Origin: Thermofilaceae archaeon
Lineage (GTDB): Archaea > Thermoproteota > Thermoprotei > Thermofilales > Thermofilaceae
Length of the DNA stretch: 45,210 nt
Assembly: GCA_038727095.1 (NCBI GenBank)
Contig: JAVYWK010000015.1
Coordinates: 1-45,210, forward strand
Direction: 5' to 3'
In this document: positions 7,437-18,295 of the stretch, piece after piece
Numbering within the stretch: position 1 is the first letter of the stretch
How the letters are laid out: each line of letters opens with the position of its first letter
Program-made: the position numbers and the translations under genes
The notes under the pieces: generated by a model
What the model saw: the letters and a program-made list of their open reading frames with translations, nothing else
The model's database searches: none
Told to the model about the DNA's origin: nothing

Positions 7437-9275
7437 TCACTCCTCCACTGGTATCCCGAAGCGTTTCGATGCCATGACGTGCTCCTCGTAGGGTATGGAG
7501 AATACATCGGCTATGCCTTCGTAAGCTCTCTTGTACGGCTCACCGCTCATGAGTTTCTTAATATTTCGAACGTACACCTCTTCGGAAAGCTTCCTTCCAG
7601 AGATTTTCTCCCACTCTTCCATCGTGTAGGAGAAGAACTTTTGAGCACGATCCCTATACATTTCGGGGAGTACGTTAAATGTGCAGAATGGCACGATCCT
7701 TCCGTCAGGCATGGCGTAGTGCACCTCGCACCTCTGCACTCTGCTGACGTCGTAGTTGTAAGTGTCCATAAAGTGCATTAAGCCCAAGAAGAGGGACTGG
7801 TAGTGGAACTCTCCCAAGGCGGAGTAGTCGTGCCTCACTAGTATGTTGAAGATGTATCGGAGGAACCTCCTCTTTTTCCTGAACCTTCTGGGAGCTTGGC
7901 TTACATCAACGTACTTACCCAGTTTCGTTAGAGCGCTCAGTAGAACAACGTACTTGTTCCTCCCGCGCTTGATGTCGTTTGCTGCTTTATCCAGTAGCTC
8001 CATGACACCTGCGACATCGACAAACCTCGTGATCGGAATTAGTTCATCAACGCTGTCCCAGAAGAGGTAAGTGGCAGCACCGCAGGCGAAGTGGCACGTG
8101 AGCTCAAACTGTGGTCTACCCGTTATCACCTCGACGAATCTTGAGATGGGCGCTACGGTGGGCACAGGGTACCAGTCGTCCCTTCTAATCTGGCCTCCCG
8201 TCTGTTTCTCGATCTCTGCTAGAACGTCGGGTATTGTAACCCTTAGCTTCTCGCGCTCCCTCCTTGGAACCCTCCCCACGATGGATACTGGCTGCATGTT
8301 GACCCCCCTCACGATGTCCGCGTGCTTCACTCCGAAGCGGATTATGGAGCCCACCTCGTGCAGATTGTACTCCTTGATGACGGTAGGAACGAGCACGGCC
8401 CCCAGCTTCGCCTTTCTGAGGTTCTCAAGCACGTAGGGTATCTCCCAGTGGTTCTTCGGGTTTGTGTACGGTGTTACACCGTCGAAGCTGATGTAAATGA
8501 CGTTTGCGCCTGCCTCCCGCAGCTTAACCGCTAGATCCGGTTCAAAGGCTAGCCGCACACCCTCAGTGTTAACCTGAACGTGGTGGTAGCCCTCTTCCCT
8601 CGCGATCCTCACTATATCGACGATGTCTTCCCTCAGCAGGGGTTCGCCCCCCGTGAATTGCACAGCGACAGCCGGGTAGGGGAGCATCTTCCTAGCCTCC
8701 CGCAGCATGAATCGTATGTGGTTGAGTGAGGGCTCGTAGACGTAGCCAGCTTTAACGGCGTAGAAGAAGCAGTACCAGCACCTCAGCTCACACCTGTTCG
8801 TAACGGCGATGTTCAGCAGAGCAGTGTGGCTCTTGTGCCGGGCGCAAAGCCCGCAGTTGTAGGGGCATAGGGCTTGCAACTGAACGTTCGGAGTCCACAC
8901 CCCTTTTCCATCCTTCTGCCATCTCCGGAAACGCTCGTAGAGCGAGTAGTCTCCGAAATACAGCTCCTCAAACTCGCCGTGCTCGGGGCACACCTTACGC
9001 TCGTAAACTTTTCCATCCCTTTTCACGAGCACGGCCGTAACTAGCGAGTAGCAGTAAGGGCAGACAGATAGGGTCCTCGTGACGAGCTCCTCCCCCTCGT
9101 GAACCGGTGGGTAATCGCTCAGGTGGACCTTGTAGTCAACACCTGGTTTTGGAAAGAGGAGAGGGATGCACCTTTTAACTTGCTCGCCGATTTCATCGGG
9201 AGTCAGATCCTTGATTTGAAGGTAGTTAATACGGTCGAGCATTAGAGCCGGGGCACTATCCGACATTTGAGTCAC
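7437..9275 (-). CDS. tes: Radical SAM tetraether lipid synthase (Tes/GDGT-MAS, MJ0619 family)
   Basis: N-terminal SVCPYC..CPEHG, CPYNCGLC, TNRCELRCWYC radical SAM motif, GGEP, C-terminal RCEVHY..DGRIVPFC. Confidence 0.88.
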   Translation of the reverse strand: MTQMSDSAPALMLDRINYLQIKDLTPDEIGEQVKRCIPLLFPKPGVDYKVHLSDYPPVHEGEELVTRTLSVCPYCYSLVTAVLVKRDGKVYERKVCPEHGEFEELYFGDYSLYERFRRWQKDGKGVWTPNVQLQALCPYNCGLCARHKSHTALLNIAVTNRCELRCWYCFFYAVKAGYVYEPSLNHIRFMLREARKMLPYPAVAVQFTGGEPLLREDIVDIVRIAREEGYHHVQVNTEGVRLAFEPDLAVKLREAGANVIYISFDGVTPYTNPKNHWEIPYVLENLRKAKLGAVLVPTVIKEYNLHEVGSIIRFGVKHADIVRGVNMQPVSIVGRVPRREREKLRVTIPDVLAEIEKQTGGQIRRDDWYPVPTVAPISRFVEVITGRPQFELTCHFACGAATYLFWDSVDELIPITRFVDVAGVMELLDKAANDIKRGRNKYVVLLSALTKLGKYVDVSQAPRRFRKKRRFLRYIFNILVRHDYSALGEFHYQSLFLGLMHFMDTYNYDVSRVQRCEVHYAMPDGRIVPFCTFNVLPEMYRDRAQKFFSYTMEEWEKISGRKLSEEVYVRNIKKLMSGEPYKRAYEGIADVFSIPYEEHVMASKRFGIPVEE

Positions 9276-9385
9276 CGGACCCGCGTACCCTTCATCTTCG
9301 ACGGCTTAAATGGTTATTGCGAAGAACGTCGGTTTGCTCAGACGACTCCCGAAAGCATTTTATAAAACAGTTGAGATAGCCGTCT

Positions 9386-9877
9386 GTGCAGCCGAGAATA
9401 TTTGTTGTACAAGTGGAAGTACCCGAAAAAACAAACATCATACTGGGCCAAGCCCACTTCATCAAGACGGTGGAGGACCTGTACGAGGCGATCGTCACTA
9501 CGGTTCCTGGTGCAAGTTTCGGAGTAGCGTTCTGCGAAGCATCGGGCCACAGGCTTGTCCGAGTCGAGGGGAACGATGAGGACTTAAAGCGGCTCGCAGC
9601 TAAGACCGCCCTGGAGGTTGGTGCCGGCCACTTCTTCGCCATCTACCTGCGTGGGGCTTGGCCTATAAACGTCCTGAACGTCATCAAGAATGTTCAGGAG
9701 GTCGTGACGCTGTACTGCGCGACAGCTAACCCCGTTCAGGTCATAGTAGCTGAGACCGATCAGGGACGCGCGGTGCTGGGAGTTGTTGACGGGTTTAAAC
9801 CCGTCGGAGTGGAGGGGGATAGCGAAAAGCGTGAAAGAGTGGAATTTCTGAGGAGAATCGGATACAAACGCGGATGA
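9386..9877 (+). CDS. Adenosine-specific kinase family protein (DUF355)
   Basis: [24 protein letters not shown] and CATANP motifs. Confidence 0.88.
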   Translation: MQPRIFVVQVEVPEKTNIILGQAHFIKTVEDLYEAIVTTVPGASFGVAFCEASGHRLVRVEGNDEDLKRLAAKTALEVGAGHFFAIYLRGAWPINVLNVIKNVQEVVTLYCATANPVQVIVAETDQGRAVLGVVDGFKPVGVEGDSEKRERVEFLRRIGYKRG

Positions 9878-10224
9878 TAAAGCAGGCGATCGTTGTCAGG
9901 ACTGACATTAAGATGGGAAAAGGGAAATTGGCAGTGCAGGTTGCGCACGCTGCAGTCACCGCAGCTGAAGTGGCGAGAAGGGAGAGGCCTAATTGGTTCG
10001 ATGAGTGGATGAAGAGTGGCCAAAAGAAAATCGTGCTTAAGGTTTCAAGTCTGGAGGAGTTGGAGGGTATTTTCAGGGAAGCCTTGATGATGAGCCTTCC
10101 AGCAGCGCTGATAGCTGACATGGGTCTAACGCAGCTGCCGCCGGGCACCGTAACTGCGGTAGCGATCGGGCCCGCTCCAGAGGAGCTTGTAGATAAGCTG
10201 ACCGGCAAACTCAAGCTACTGTAG
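9874..10224 (+). CDS. pth2: Peptidyl-tRNA hydrolase 2
   Basis: [22 protein letters not shown] and DMGLTQ..PGT motifs. Confidence 0.95.
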   Translation: MIKQAIVVRTDIKMGKGKLAVQVAHAAVTAAEVARRERPNWFDEWMKSGQKKIVLKVSSLEELEGIFREALMMSLPAALIADMGLTQLPPGTVTAVAIGPAPEELVDKLTGKLKLL

Positions 10225-10228
10225 AACT

Positions 10229-11566
10229 ATGCCTGCACCAACGCGCTCACAACTGGACAGAGATCTCGGACTTCTGTTCTACGTAACGGAGGGGGAGGGA
10301 ATCGAAGGTGTTCTGCGAGAGAGGCTGGAGGACTTCAGAGTTTTTGAGATCGCTCTCGGAAATATTCTTTGCAGACCGGGGTGCTCGAAACAGCTCAACA
10401 GTACGGGGGACTATGTGTGGTTCCTGCTCGAGAAGCGAGGTGTTGATACGTTGACAGCACTGCGCGCCCTGGCGCGCGCAATCGGCGTTAGCCACAAGAG
10501 GTTTAGCGCTGCCGGCCTAAAGGACTCGCGCGCTATCACATTCCAACTCGTTTGTGGCGAAGGCATCGACCCAGACTCGATACCGAAGAGGGTTGGTGAG
10601 AAGGTTCTGATCCATGACGTTTTCCGTATGCCCTTCAAGCTTGCTCCAGGCATGCTCGTGGGTAACCTCTTTGAAATAACGGTGCGGCAATTGAGTGTTC
10701 CCCCCAGCCAAGCGGAGGAAAGGATAAGCTCACTGGCCGATGAAATTTGTGAAACTGGTGGGGCACCGAACTACTACGGTTACCAACGCTTCGGAACGAT
10801 TAGGCCTATCACCCATGTGATAGGGAAGATGATCATACACGGCCGCTTTGAAGAGGCTGTCAGAGAGCTCTTAGCGCGGGTCTTCCCATACGAGTCGCAG
10901 AGAGCGAGGGAAGCCAGGCAGTACCTGGCGTCAACCTGGGATATCGAAGGTGCCCTCAAGATCTTCCCGAGAAGGCTGCACCACGAGCGGATGATTCTAC
11001 ACTACCTTTACAAGCACCCCGGTGATTACGCGGGCGCAATACGCACCCTTCCAATCGCAGTCAGGCAGCTGTTCATCGAGGCTTACCAGGCATACTTGTT
11101 CAACAAGGTGCTGAGCAGACGCATCGAAATAGGGCTACCGCTAGCAGAGCCTATTCCAGGCGATCTTGTCATGCTGGGGGACAACGAGGGTGCTATCCTC
11201 CGAGCTCGAACAACCAACTTAGACAAGCTTCGCGAACTAGTTGCGATGGGAAAGGCGAGCGTGGTGGGTAACGTCTTCGGTTACTCCAGCGTTCTGGCCG
11301 AGGGCGAGCCGGGCCTCGTAGAAAACGAGGTACTTAGGGAAGAGGGATTGTCGCTCGACTCCTTTAAGATCAGGACGATGCCGGAGGCATCATCGAAGGG
11401 TACCTACAGACCCTTCGCGATGAACGCTTTCCAGCTAGAGTGGAGGGTTATCAATGGTGACGTGCCTGAAGCGAACTTCCGATTTGTGCTACGTCGGGGG
11501 TCTTACGCAACAGTGCTCATGAGAGAGTTTGTAAAACCAAATGATCCTGCTAAGCAAGGTTTCTGA
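10229..11566 (+). CDS. truD: tRNA pseudouridine(13) synthase
   Basis: EDFRV, AGLKD, GNLF, NYYGYQRFG and GSYAT motifs. Confidence 0.95.
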   Translation: MPAPTRSQLDRDLGLLFYVTEGEGIEGVLRERLEDFRVFEIALGNILCRPGCSKQLNSTGDYVWFLLEKRGVDTLTALRALARAIGVSHKRFSAAGLKDSRAITFQLVCGEGIDPDSIPKRVGEKVLIHDVFRMPFKLAPGMLVGNLFEITVRQLSVPPSQAEERISSLADEICETGGAPNYYGYQRFGTIRPITHVIGKMIIHGRFEEAVRELLARVFPYESQRAREARQYLASTWDIEGALKIFPRRLHHERMILHYLYKHPGDYAGAIRTLPIAVRQLFIEAYQAYLFNKVLSRRIEIGLPLAEPIPGDLVMLGDNEGAILRARTTNLDKLRELVAMGKASVVGNVFGYSSVLAEGEPGLVENEVLREEGLSLDSFKIRTMPEASSKGTYRPFAMNAFQLEWRVINGDVPEANFRFVLRRGSYATVLMREFVKPNDPAKQGF

Positions 11567-11576
11567 AAAGTTATTT

Positions 11577-13973
11577 TCAATCACTTAACTTTAAGAAAAG
11601 GTACTTTTGACTATCCTCTTCAGTCCTGAGTCCAAGCATCTCTGTGCACATCGCTCTGGCGGCTCCTCTGAGGAGTTCGATAGCTCTCGGTGGCGCCATT
11701 CCTAGCTCCGCACACGTGACGCGCCAGCTCTTAGCTTGAAGAACCTTCGTGATCAGCAGCAGTTCTTGCTCCTCACTAAGGAAATCGAACCCCTTCATGA
11801 AGTACACTCTAGCCAGCTCGACCATGCAGTCCATACAGTTCTCCAGCGTCATATCCCCTTGAGCGTACGAGATTAACCTGCCGATCTGGTGCGGCGTTAA
11901 GTTCCATGAGACGTCGATGCTTGGCGTTGAGCGCAACAGCGCTCGAACGATCCGAGGCCCCAAATCGTGGTAGGGTTCCGCAAGCGATAGCAGCAGCCTT
12001 CGTTTAAATCCCACAGCCATCGTATTTACATAAATAGCAACCTTCTCGTTCAGCGGCTTAACAACGAGAGCAGAATACTCGCCGCTCACTGGATTTCTTT
12101 CAGGCGATAGATGCAGCGGCACATAGCCGTTCTTAAGCCAGAAGTTCAAGAGCTCCAGAGTAACCCCGAAGCCTGCACCAACCCAATCGTACCCCTCCTT
12201 CGCGGCCTCATTTTCGATCTCCTTCAGAGCTAGGGAGCCTAACCCCCTTCCCCAGAGGTCCGGGTGTGTCGCTATCCTGACGATTCGAAAGCCCCTAAAT
12301 CTGCCAAAATCGATCAGCTTGTAGTACTTTATCAATCGATCCGGTATGATGTTACCCATTATCCACGCCCCCCTAGCACACTGTTTAGCCAGTTCCTCAT
12401 CGAGGGGACCCTCTTCTGCCAGTTCGATAGAAACGACTATCTTACCGTTTTCTAGCTTAAGAGCTCGAGCCCGATGGTGGGGAGCATCCATTATCATCCC
12501 TAAATCGTTAGGGTTGTTCCTGTAGTGAGCCATTATGTAGATCCCGAAGTACTCCCGTAGCGACTTTTCATCCGCCAAGAAGAAACTTTCAGGATCGGGT
12601 GCCCAGTACGCTACTCTCTTCTCCTCTACTAGTTTATGATCCTCCTCAGTTATCGGCGCTGGTTCAGCGTCAAGTAGGAGGGTGTCGAAGACCCATTTCT
12701 CCACAGGATCGCCAGCGGCATACCTGATGGGCTCGTTCATCTCGTACTGAAGAACCTCGACGTTCCTCAGTTGCTTTAGCCTCCGTAGGAAGCGGACAGA
12801 GAAGCCCCTCCCCGCACCCTCGTAACCGTGGATTGTCGAAGAGTAGATTACCTTCGAGTGCCTTCTCAAGAGTGCGAAGAGCATGGGGACTTGCAGCGAT
12901 GCAGCCTCGTCTACCACCAGAATATCGGCTCTTTTTGTGACGGCTTCAAGGGGGTTAAAGTACCTTATCTCGATGCCTTTCAACTTCAATCCAATTACGT
13001 AGCCCTTTTCTTCGCTTACTTCTACCCTGTGCCCAAGGTTTGTAAGTCCGATTTTAGAGAAATAGAACAACACCTGCGCGTTAAGTTCGCTCGGTGCTGT
13101 GATTATGATCCTACACCGGCCTTTCGCTCTTCTCAGCTTATGCGCTAGAGCTGTTAGGGCTAAGCCGATGGCCGCCGATTTACCCCTTCCCCTGTCGGCT
13201 GTGATGACAGCAACGAGCTTTTCCCCCTCCTCAACCTTCTCGTAGAATTTCTCAAGCATCCTGAGAACCTCAACCTGGTCTTGTGTAAGCGCCAGGCTGT
13301 ATACCTCATCGGGAAACTTCCTATCCTGAGGAACCTCAATTTTCAACTTTCTAACCGTGGCCACAACCTTAGGGCAGTTTGCATACTTCAGCACTTTTCT
13401 GTTGTCAACATCGTACACTGTTATACCGTCGAACTGGAAAAGTTTACGAATAAAACGTTCCTCAAATAATCTCCTGAGCTTGTCGGCACCGTACTGCGGC
13501 GTTAGAATCATGCTCTGAAACCTTGTTACAGTCCTGCTCAATCGTTGAGGGCTAGGCATCATAAGCACGTACAGCCCACCGCCCGCAACAACACCTGAAA
13601 CGCGGCCAATGTCGTTCGGCTCGAGATTGTTGATAAGATCTACTACCGCCGCGTCGAAGGTTCTGCCCAGTACTTTCTCGCTCTCATGGTACGGTAGATA
13701 GACAAGGGTCTCGCGATCTTTCACCAGTTTTTCAAACATTTCCTTCCTGGATAATCCATCTTCGTAGAATGCGTGATACATGTATAGTATACCTTCCGCT
13801 TTAATTTCACTAAACCTTAAGAAAAGGTTAATTGCCTCAGCTGCTGCGGCTACTAGATTCCCATCGTTTTCACCGAATAGCACGAGCATTACTCTATGGT
13901 CAGCTCGCCTAGCGTACCTAATGGCTGCGCGAAGGTCGTCGACTATCTCCTCATTTAACACGAAGGTCTTCAC
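11577..13973 (-). CDS. tmcA: RNA cytidine acetyltransferase TmcA/Nat10
   Basis: TADRGRGKS, DEAA, STIHGYEGAGRGF, AHYRNNPNDL, RIATHP..GRGLG. Confidence 0.94.
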   Translation of the reverse strand: MKTFVLNEEIVDDLRAAIRYARRADHRVMLVLFGENDGNLVAAAAEAINLFLRFSEIKAEGILYMYHAFYEDGLSRKEMFEKLVKDRETLVYLPYHESEKVLGRTFDAAVVDLINNLEPNDIGRVSGVVAGGGLYVLMMPSPQRLSRTVTRFQSMILTPQYGADKLRRLFEERFIRKLFQFDGITVYDVDNRKVLKYANCPKVVATVRKLKIEVPQDRKFPDEVYSLALTQDQVEVLRMLEKFYEKVEEGEKLVAVITADRGRGKSAAIGLALTALAHKLRRAKGRCRIIITAPSELNAQVLFYFSKIGLTNLGHRVEVSEEKGYVIGLKLKGIEIRYFNPLEAVTKRADILVVDEAASLQVPMLFALLRRHSKVIYSSTIHGYEGAGRGFSVRFLRRLKQLRNVEVLQYEMNEPIRYAAGDPVEKWVFDTLLLDAEPAPITEEDHKLVEEKRVAYWAPDPESFFLADEKSLREYFGIYIMAHYRNNPNDLGMIMDAPHHRARALKLENGKIVVSIELAEEGPLDEELAKQCARGAWIMGNIIPDRLIKYYKLIDFGRFRGFRIVRIATHPDLWGRGLGSLALKEIENEAAKEGYDWVGAGFGVTLELLNFWLKNGYVPLHLSPERNPVSGEYSALVVKPLNEKVAIYVNTMAVGFKRRLLLSLAEPYHDLGPRIVRALLRSTPSIDVSWNLTPHQIGRLISYAQGDMTLENCMDCMVELARVYFMKGFDFLSEEQELLLITKVLQAKSWRVTCAELGMAPPRAIELLRGAARAMCTEMLGLRTEEDSQKYLFLKLSD

Positions 13974-14038
13974 AGCGTAGAAAATGTCCTTTACCAGTAT
14001 CTTTTAAATTCGCCACTCGGGTCTCTTACGCATTCATC

Positions 14039-14869
14039 TCAAAGCGAACCCTGCACGCTTTCCAGCTTAGTTCGTATTTTAGGGGCGGCATCCTGTGCCA
14101 TTTCAAGAGCCCGTGTCAATTCCTCAAGCGTAAAACCCCCTCTTCCTCCCTTTTGTATAGCGCATACGTGCCCATCTTTCGTTAGCGCAAACGTAATCCT
14201 GGCATCCATGACGAGCTCCTCCTCGTAAGAGGGATCTATGACTATTGCGTCACCAATCTTAGCCAGCGTCACGAAAACGGGTATGTCGGTTATTGGCAGT
14301 CGCGTCTTTTCTTCGCTTTTTAGGAGTGCGCTTTCCGCAGTTACTGTGTACTTAGGTATCTTGGCGTTTAATAACGCCGCCATCGCGGCAAGGCCCGATG
14401 CATCGATTATGTTGCCATCATGATCGATGGGGTAGATGTCCACAAATATTCGCCAAACCTGCTTACCCGGTACCAGCACTAACTCCTCTAGTTTCAAAGC
14501 CGGCGCGCTGCGGAGACCCCTGTCGATCACCCTTGCCAGCTCGATGTCGTTCTCGTCCGGTGGACCGGGTTCAAATATCGGAGATGCTAGCGGGATAAGC
14601 TCTGCATGAACTACCTGAACCCCCGCGTTGGGACTATCGGGGAACGGCTGACCGAGCGAGGCTTTCACACCAGCGATCACCTTGGTGTGCCCTAGGGACA
14701 CTCTTGCTGATCCCTCTGCATTCCCCGCGACTCCAACTTCTATCGAAATTTCCCTAAATTCCTCAGGCTTTCGGCCATCAACGCGTTCGCCCCGCTTTAT
14801 CATCGAGCGTATAGCTTCGCGCCGCGGAGCGGGAATCACGGTATATACTCTTTCGCTCACTCTGCTCAC
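14039..14869 (-). CDS. rrp42: Exosome complex component Rrp42
   Basis: RVDGR..R, AEGSA, FEPGPPDE..ELARVIDR and DHDGN motifs. Confidence 0.95.
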   Translation of the reverse strand: MSRVSERVYTVIPAPRREAIRSMIKRGERVDGRKPEEFREISIEVGVAGNAEGSARVSLGHTKVIAGVKASLGQPFPDSPNAGVQVVHAELIPLASPIFEPGPPDENDIELARVIDRGLRSAPALKLEELVLVPGKQVWRIFVDIYPIDHDGNIIDASGLAAMAALLNAKIPKYTVTAESALLKSEEKTRLPITDIPVFVTLAKIGDAIVIDPSYEEELVMDARITFALTKDGHVCAIQKGGRGGFTLEELTRALEMAQDAAPKIRTKLESVQGSL

Positions 14870-15619
14870 CTACTCATACTCTAGACTAACTTTTGAATAC
14901 TTCTCTTTTAGAGCTCTCCTCTGCTCCTCGTAAAGCTTCAACACGGCTTCCCGCGCCATGTCGAGAGCCTGTATGATCTCTTCAGGGGCGAATCTCCCAT
15001 CAGCTTGTAGTAGTGTCACCTCCCTGAGCCTAGGCATCATGGCGATGGGCATGTCGCCCTCGCCGTGCTGATCCTCAAGACCGTTGAGGTCGATTGCCAG
15101 CTTGCCTTCGATCTTTCCGATCGAGACTCCTGCTACCAGATCCCTCATCGGTATGCCGGCGTCAGCGAGAGCTACCGCTGCAGCCGTGATTGACGCAACC
15201 CTTGTACTACCATCTGCCTCGATAACTTCGATGAAAACGTCGACCGACGTTCTGGGGTACTCCTCGAGGAAGATAGCGGGCTCCAGAGCCTCCCTGATCA
15301 CCTTCGATATCTCTATCTCCCTTCGGGTGGGAGAAGGACTCTTCCTCTCCTCGACTACGGAGAAGGGTAGCATTGAGTAACGGCACCTCAGCAGCATCCT
15401 ATCGGGTAGAGCTTCATGGCGTGGGTGAACCTCCCTGGGCCCATAAACCGCCACTATAATCTTGTTCCTCCCCCACTCTATGTAAGCAGAGCCATCAGCG
15501 TTCTTAAGCACCCCTGCTTCAATGCGAAAAGGTCGGAGCTCGTTTAGCGCGCGTCCATCGAGCCTTTTTCCATCATCCGTCAATAACTTAACCTTGACTT
15601 TTTCCGTCATCGATTTCAC
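14870..15619 (-). CDS. rrp41: Exosome complex exonuclease Rrp41
   Basis: RLDGR..ELRP, ADGSAYIEWG, VYGPRE, ADGSTR and ED..GEGD motifs. Confidence 0.95.
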   Translation of the reverse strand: MKSMTEKVKVKLLTDDGKRLDGRALNELRPFRIEAGVLKNADGSAYIEWGRNKIIVAVYGPREVHPRHEALPDRMLLRCRYSMLPFSVVEERKSPSPTRREIEISKVIREALEPAIFLEEYPRTSVDVFIEVIEADGSTRVASITAAAVALADAGIPMRDLVAGVSIGKIEGKLAIDLNGLEDQHGEGDMPIAMMPRLREVTLLQADGRFAPEEIIQALDMAREAVLKLYEEQRRALKEKYSKVSLEYE

Positions 15620-16314
15620 CCTCCACCTCCTGGAAAGGCAGATACGAGTTTCTTTGCAGCTTCAAGTGGGTCCTCGATGTATGGCTCAGCACACAATCGT
15701 TTGATTACGTACGCCGCCACAGCTTCATGATCAGTTTCTCTACCTATAACTACTATGCGCCCGTTCCTTCCGATGATTAGTTCAACGCCGAACGTTTCCT
15801 TAAGATAATCGGCAACTTGACCCTTCTTACCGATGACTCTAGAAACTCGCGTTGGCGGTACTTCCACCAGCAAACCCTTCTCCATCTTACCCAACTTTGA
15901 CTCCTTGACCGTCAGAAGAGGGTCATGGAGAAAATCGAACAGCAATACTTTGGCGATTATTACGTCTCCCACGTGGAAGATCTCTGTCAGATCCCTAGCA
16001 GTTGGCGAGGGTCGTGGAAAGACCTCGGAGGCCTGAAGGATAGCGGTGTAGGGTGAGTTGATGTCAACGAGCCAGAAAGTCGGTCCGACGTCAATAACCT
16101 TTCCTACTACAAGGTCTCCTTCAGAGGGAATGTAGCTTCGCTTTAACGGAATTAAGCGAATCTTCCTCGGTTTCTCGACTATAGCAACGCTTAGAACCTT
16201 GGCGTAGTACTTCTTTCCACTAACCATATGCGGACCACTGACCTCGTAGGACCCCTCTGCAACAAGCTCTCCAGGCACTACTATCTGCCCGCTCGAAACG
16301 TGAAGGGACGGCAT
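15616..16314 (-). CDS. rrp4: Exosome RNA-binding protein Rrp4
   Basis: VVPGE, YIPSEGDLVVGKV S1 domain, KH domain RVIGKKG and GRNG. Confidence 0.92.
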   Translation of the reverse strand: MPSLHVSSGQIVVPGELVAEGSYEVSGPHMVSGKKYYAKVLSVAIVEKPRKIRLIPLKRSYIPSEGDLVVGKVIDVGPTFWLVDINSPYTAILQASEVFPRPSPTARDLTEIFHVGDVIIAKVLLFDFLHDPLLTVKESKLGKMEKGLLVEVPPTRVSRVIGKKGQVADYLKETFGVELIIGRNGRIVVIGRETDHEAVAAYVIKRLCAEPYIEDPLEAAKKLVSAFPGGGG

Positions 16315-16317
16315 GCT

Positions 16318-17019
16318 TCAACCACCTATGTTCAAAACCTTCACCTCGCCCTCCCCCCTTGTAATCGTGCTGACCTGCGATATTACGCTCTCGGTTAAGC
16401 CTGCGGGCACTTCGAGCTCCGCTACTAATGACCCGTCGCTAGAGTATTCGCTTCTTACAATCCTCCCGAGCCGGCTGAGAACGCTATACGCCCTACCAGC
16501 ATACTGAGGAGGAACTCGGACTGCGAGTAAAGCTCTAGCGATTTTTAGCGGTAAAACGCGGCTGAGGGCCTTTATGGCCTCCTGGACTTGCACTTCAACC
16601 GGTTTGAAGGGATCAACTGGAAATCCGACTTCCTCCAGCGCGAGTTCTATCCTCTTTGGCGGGTGAGGCGCGTTAGTGCGAGGATCGATCGCGTTGCGTG
16701 AAAGGAACTCAATGATCTGCCGCTTCTTCATCTCTATGAGCTCGCGCCGCTGATCAGCTGTCAATTGAAGCTCGCCCTGTCTTATGATCACCTCCGAGAC
16801 ACGGATCACATCGTCTGTGCCGAAAAACGCGCGTAGATCCTCGGGCGACGCCTTTAACCCTTTCCGTGCATCGTAGTAGACGTGCGGGCTCTCAACGATC
16901 TCCCTTACGCTTATGTTCCCTCCCTCTTTGAACCTCCAAGCTTTCTCCACGTCCACAACCACCTCGAACCTCTTACCGCCTTTAGATAGCCTAGCAATAG
17001 CCAGCTTCTTCGAACTCAT
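16318..17019 (-). CDS. sdo1: Ribosome maturation factor SBDS/Sdo1
   Basis: [16 protein letters not shown] and [10 protein letters not shown] motifs; ATG 17019 follows a TATA box at 17045-17052. Confidence 0.93.
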   Translation of the reverse strand: MSSKKLAIARLSKGGKRFEVVVDVEKAWRFKEGGNISVREIVESPHVYYDARKGLKASPEDLRAFFGTDDVIRVSEVIIRQGELQLTADQRRELIEMKKRQIIEFLSRNAIDPRTNAPHPPKRIELALEEVGFPVDPFKPVEVQVQEAIKALSRVLPLKIARALLAVRVPPQYAGRAYSVLSRLGRIVRSEYSSDGSLVAELEVPAGLTESVISQVSTITRGEGEVKVLNIGG

Positions 17020-17107
17020 ACTGAGAACCGTACCTTGAAGCCGCTTATAAAAGGTGCTGAGCTCGCAAAGGGAAGATTTTTTACGAACCTTCAAACCGGT
17101 GTTGGCA

Positions 17108-17163
17108 GTGATGATGGAGGTGAATACTCGAGCCTGGGGCGATGATGATCCGCAGCTGTCTGA
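17108..17163 (+). ncRNA. C/D box guide sRNA
   Basis: C GTGATGA (17108-14), putative D' TCGA (17128-31), C' ATGATGA (17142-48), 11-nt guide, D CTGA (17160-63). Confidence 0.7.
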
Positions 17164-17170
17164 ACTTTAA

Positions 17171-18295
17171 CTACTCGATCCATGCACCAGTGCTTAACTT
17201 CTCCGGAAGGTACTTTTCCGTTAAGAACTTGAAGCCGTAACCGCTGAGCGCTTCGATCTCAACTTTCTCCTGCTTCTCGAGGAATAATTTTAGTTGCCTA
17301 ACCCATTCCTTAGATTCCCTAAACCACGGGTAGTTCAGGAGCTCCTGAGCCCTCTTCACGTCCCTCTCTTTCGCCTTTATAATGAAGTTCCGAGGTATCT
17401 TGTAGTCGTAGATGTCCGTTACAGTGAGTCCGAGAAACCTTGCTCTAGGTGTCGCTAATCGCTCGCTCTCGTAACCGAGAGTTATCGATCCGCTTCTGTA
17501 GACACTGTAAATGTAAAATCCGTAGGGGTCCGCATCCGTGAGCACATACACAGGGAGCCCGTGCTCCTCCCATAACCTCCTTACCATGCGCCTCGTACTC
17601 CTATCCGGCTGCCCCTTACCCGTGATCAGAAGGCATCTATTCTTCTCCCAGAACCTCTCCTTGTTCAGCCTGTTGAATATCGCGTCCTTCTCGATCACTA
17701 AAATGTAATCAGCGTCTACGCTAAGCAGTTCAAGCGAGTCGGGGTTCGGCGGGATGGAGTATGCACCATCACCCATGCGCGAACAATCGATAGTATCTGT
17801 CCCCGATCGAATCACGATGCGCCCAACTATCTTACCCTTGGTATCATGCAGAATACCCATATGCTCCCTGAGGTGCCCTGTAAGCACTTCTAGATCCTGA
17901 ATTATGGAGTCCGATTCCTTCTGCGTATCCCACGTTTCTTCCCTTCTCAGCTTACCGAACTCGTCAATGTACTCTAACGTGTGTTTTCCTGCGTAGTAGA
18001 GATCCCTTATGGTGGGGTAGTCCCCCTCTCGGATAGCCCTAACGATCAAGGAGAGCATCAAGACGGTCTGCATGAACCTTCTCGCTTCCCCCATATCGAG
18101 GAACTCCCTCTTAAGCTTCTTCGAACCTAACTTCAGCAGCTTCGACTTCGAATCCCAGACCACGTTGGCTAGCGTTCTGACAGGTATTTCCAGAGAGAGT
18201 TCCTCGCCGTTCAATACTTGAGAAGCGACTCTGTTTCCAACTTCTTCTAGGGCCTTTAGGGCATCTGCTCTGTGACGATCGATTTGGTTCCTCAC
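17171..18295 (-). CDS. top6A: DNA topoisomerase VI subunit A
   Basis: TIRDLYY catalytic Tyr, IEKDA, TGKGQPD, DADPYG TOPRIM, KVEIEAL. Confidence 0.96.
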   Translation of the reverse strand: MRNQIDRHRADALKALEEVGNRVASQVLNGEELSLEIPVRTLANVVWDSKSKLLKLGSKKLKREFLDMGEARRFMQTVLMLSLIVRAIREGDYPTIRDLYYAGKHTLEYIDEFGKLRREETWDTQKESDSIIQDLEVLTGHLREHMGILHDTKGKIVGRIVIRSGTDTIDCSRMGDGAYSIPPNPDSLELLSVDADYILVIEKDAIFNRLNKERFWEKNRCLLITGKGQPDRSTRRMVRRLWEEHGLPVYVLTDADPYGFYIYSVYRSGSITLGYESERLATPRARFLGLTVTDIYDYKIPRNFIIKAKERDVKRAQELLNYPWFRESKEWVRQLKLFLEKQEKVEIEALSGYGFKFLTEKYLPEKLSTGAWIE

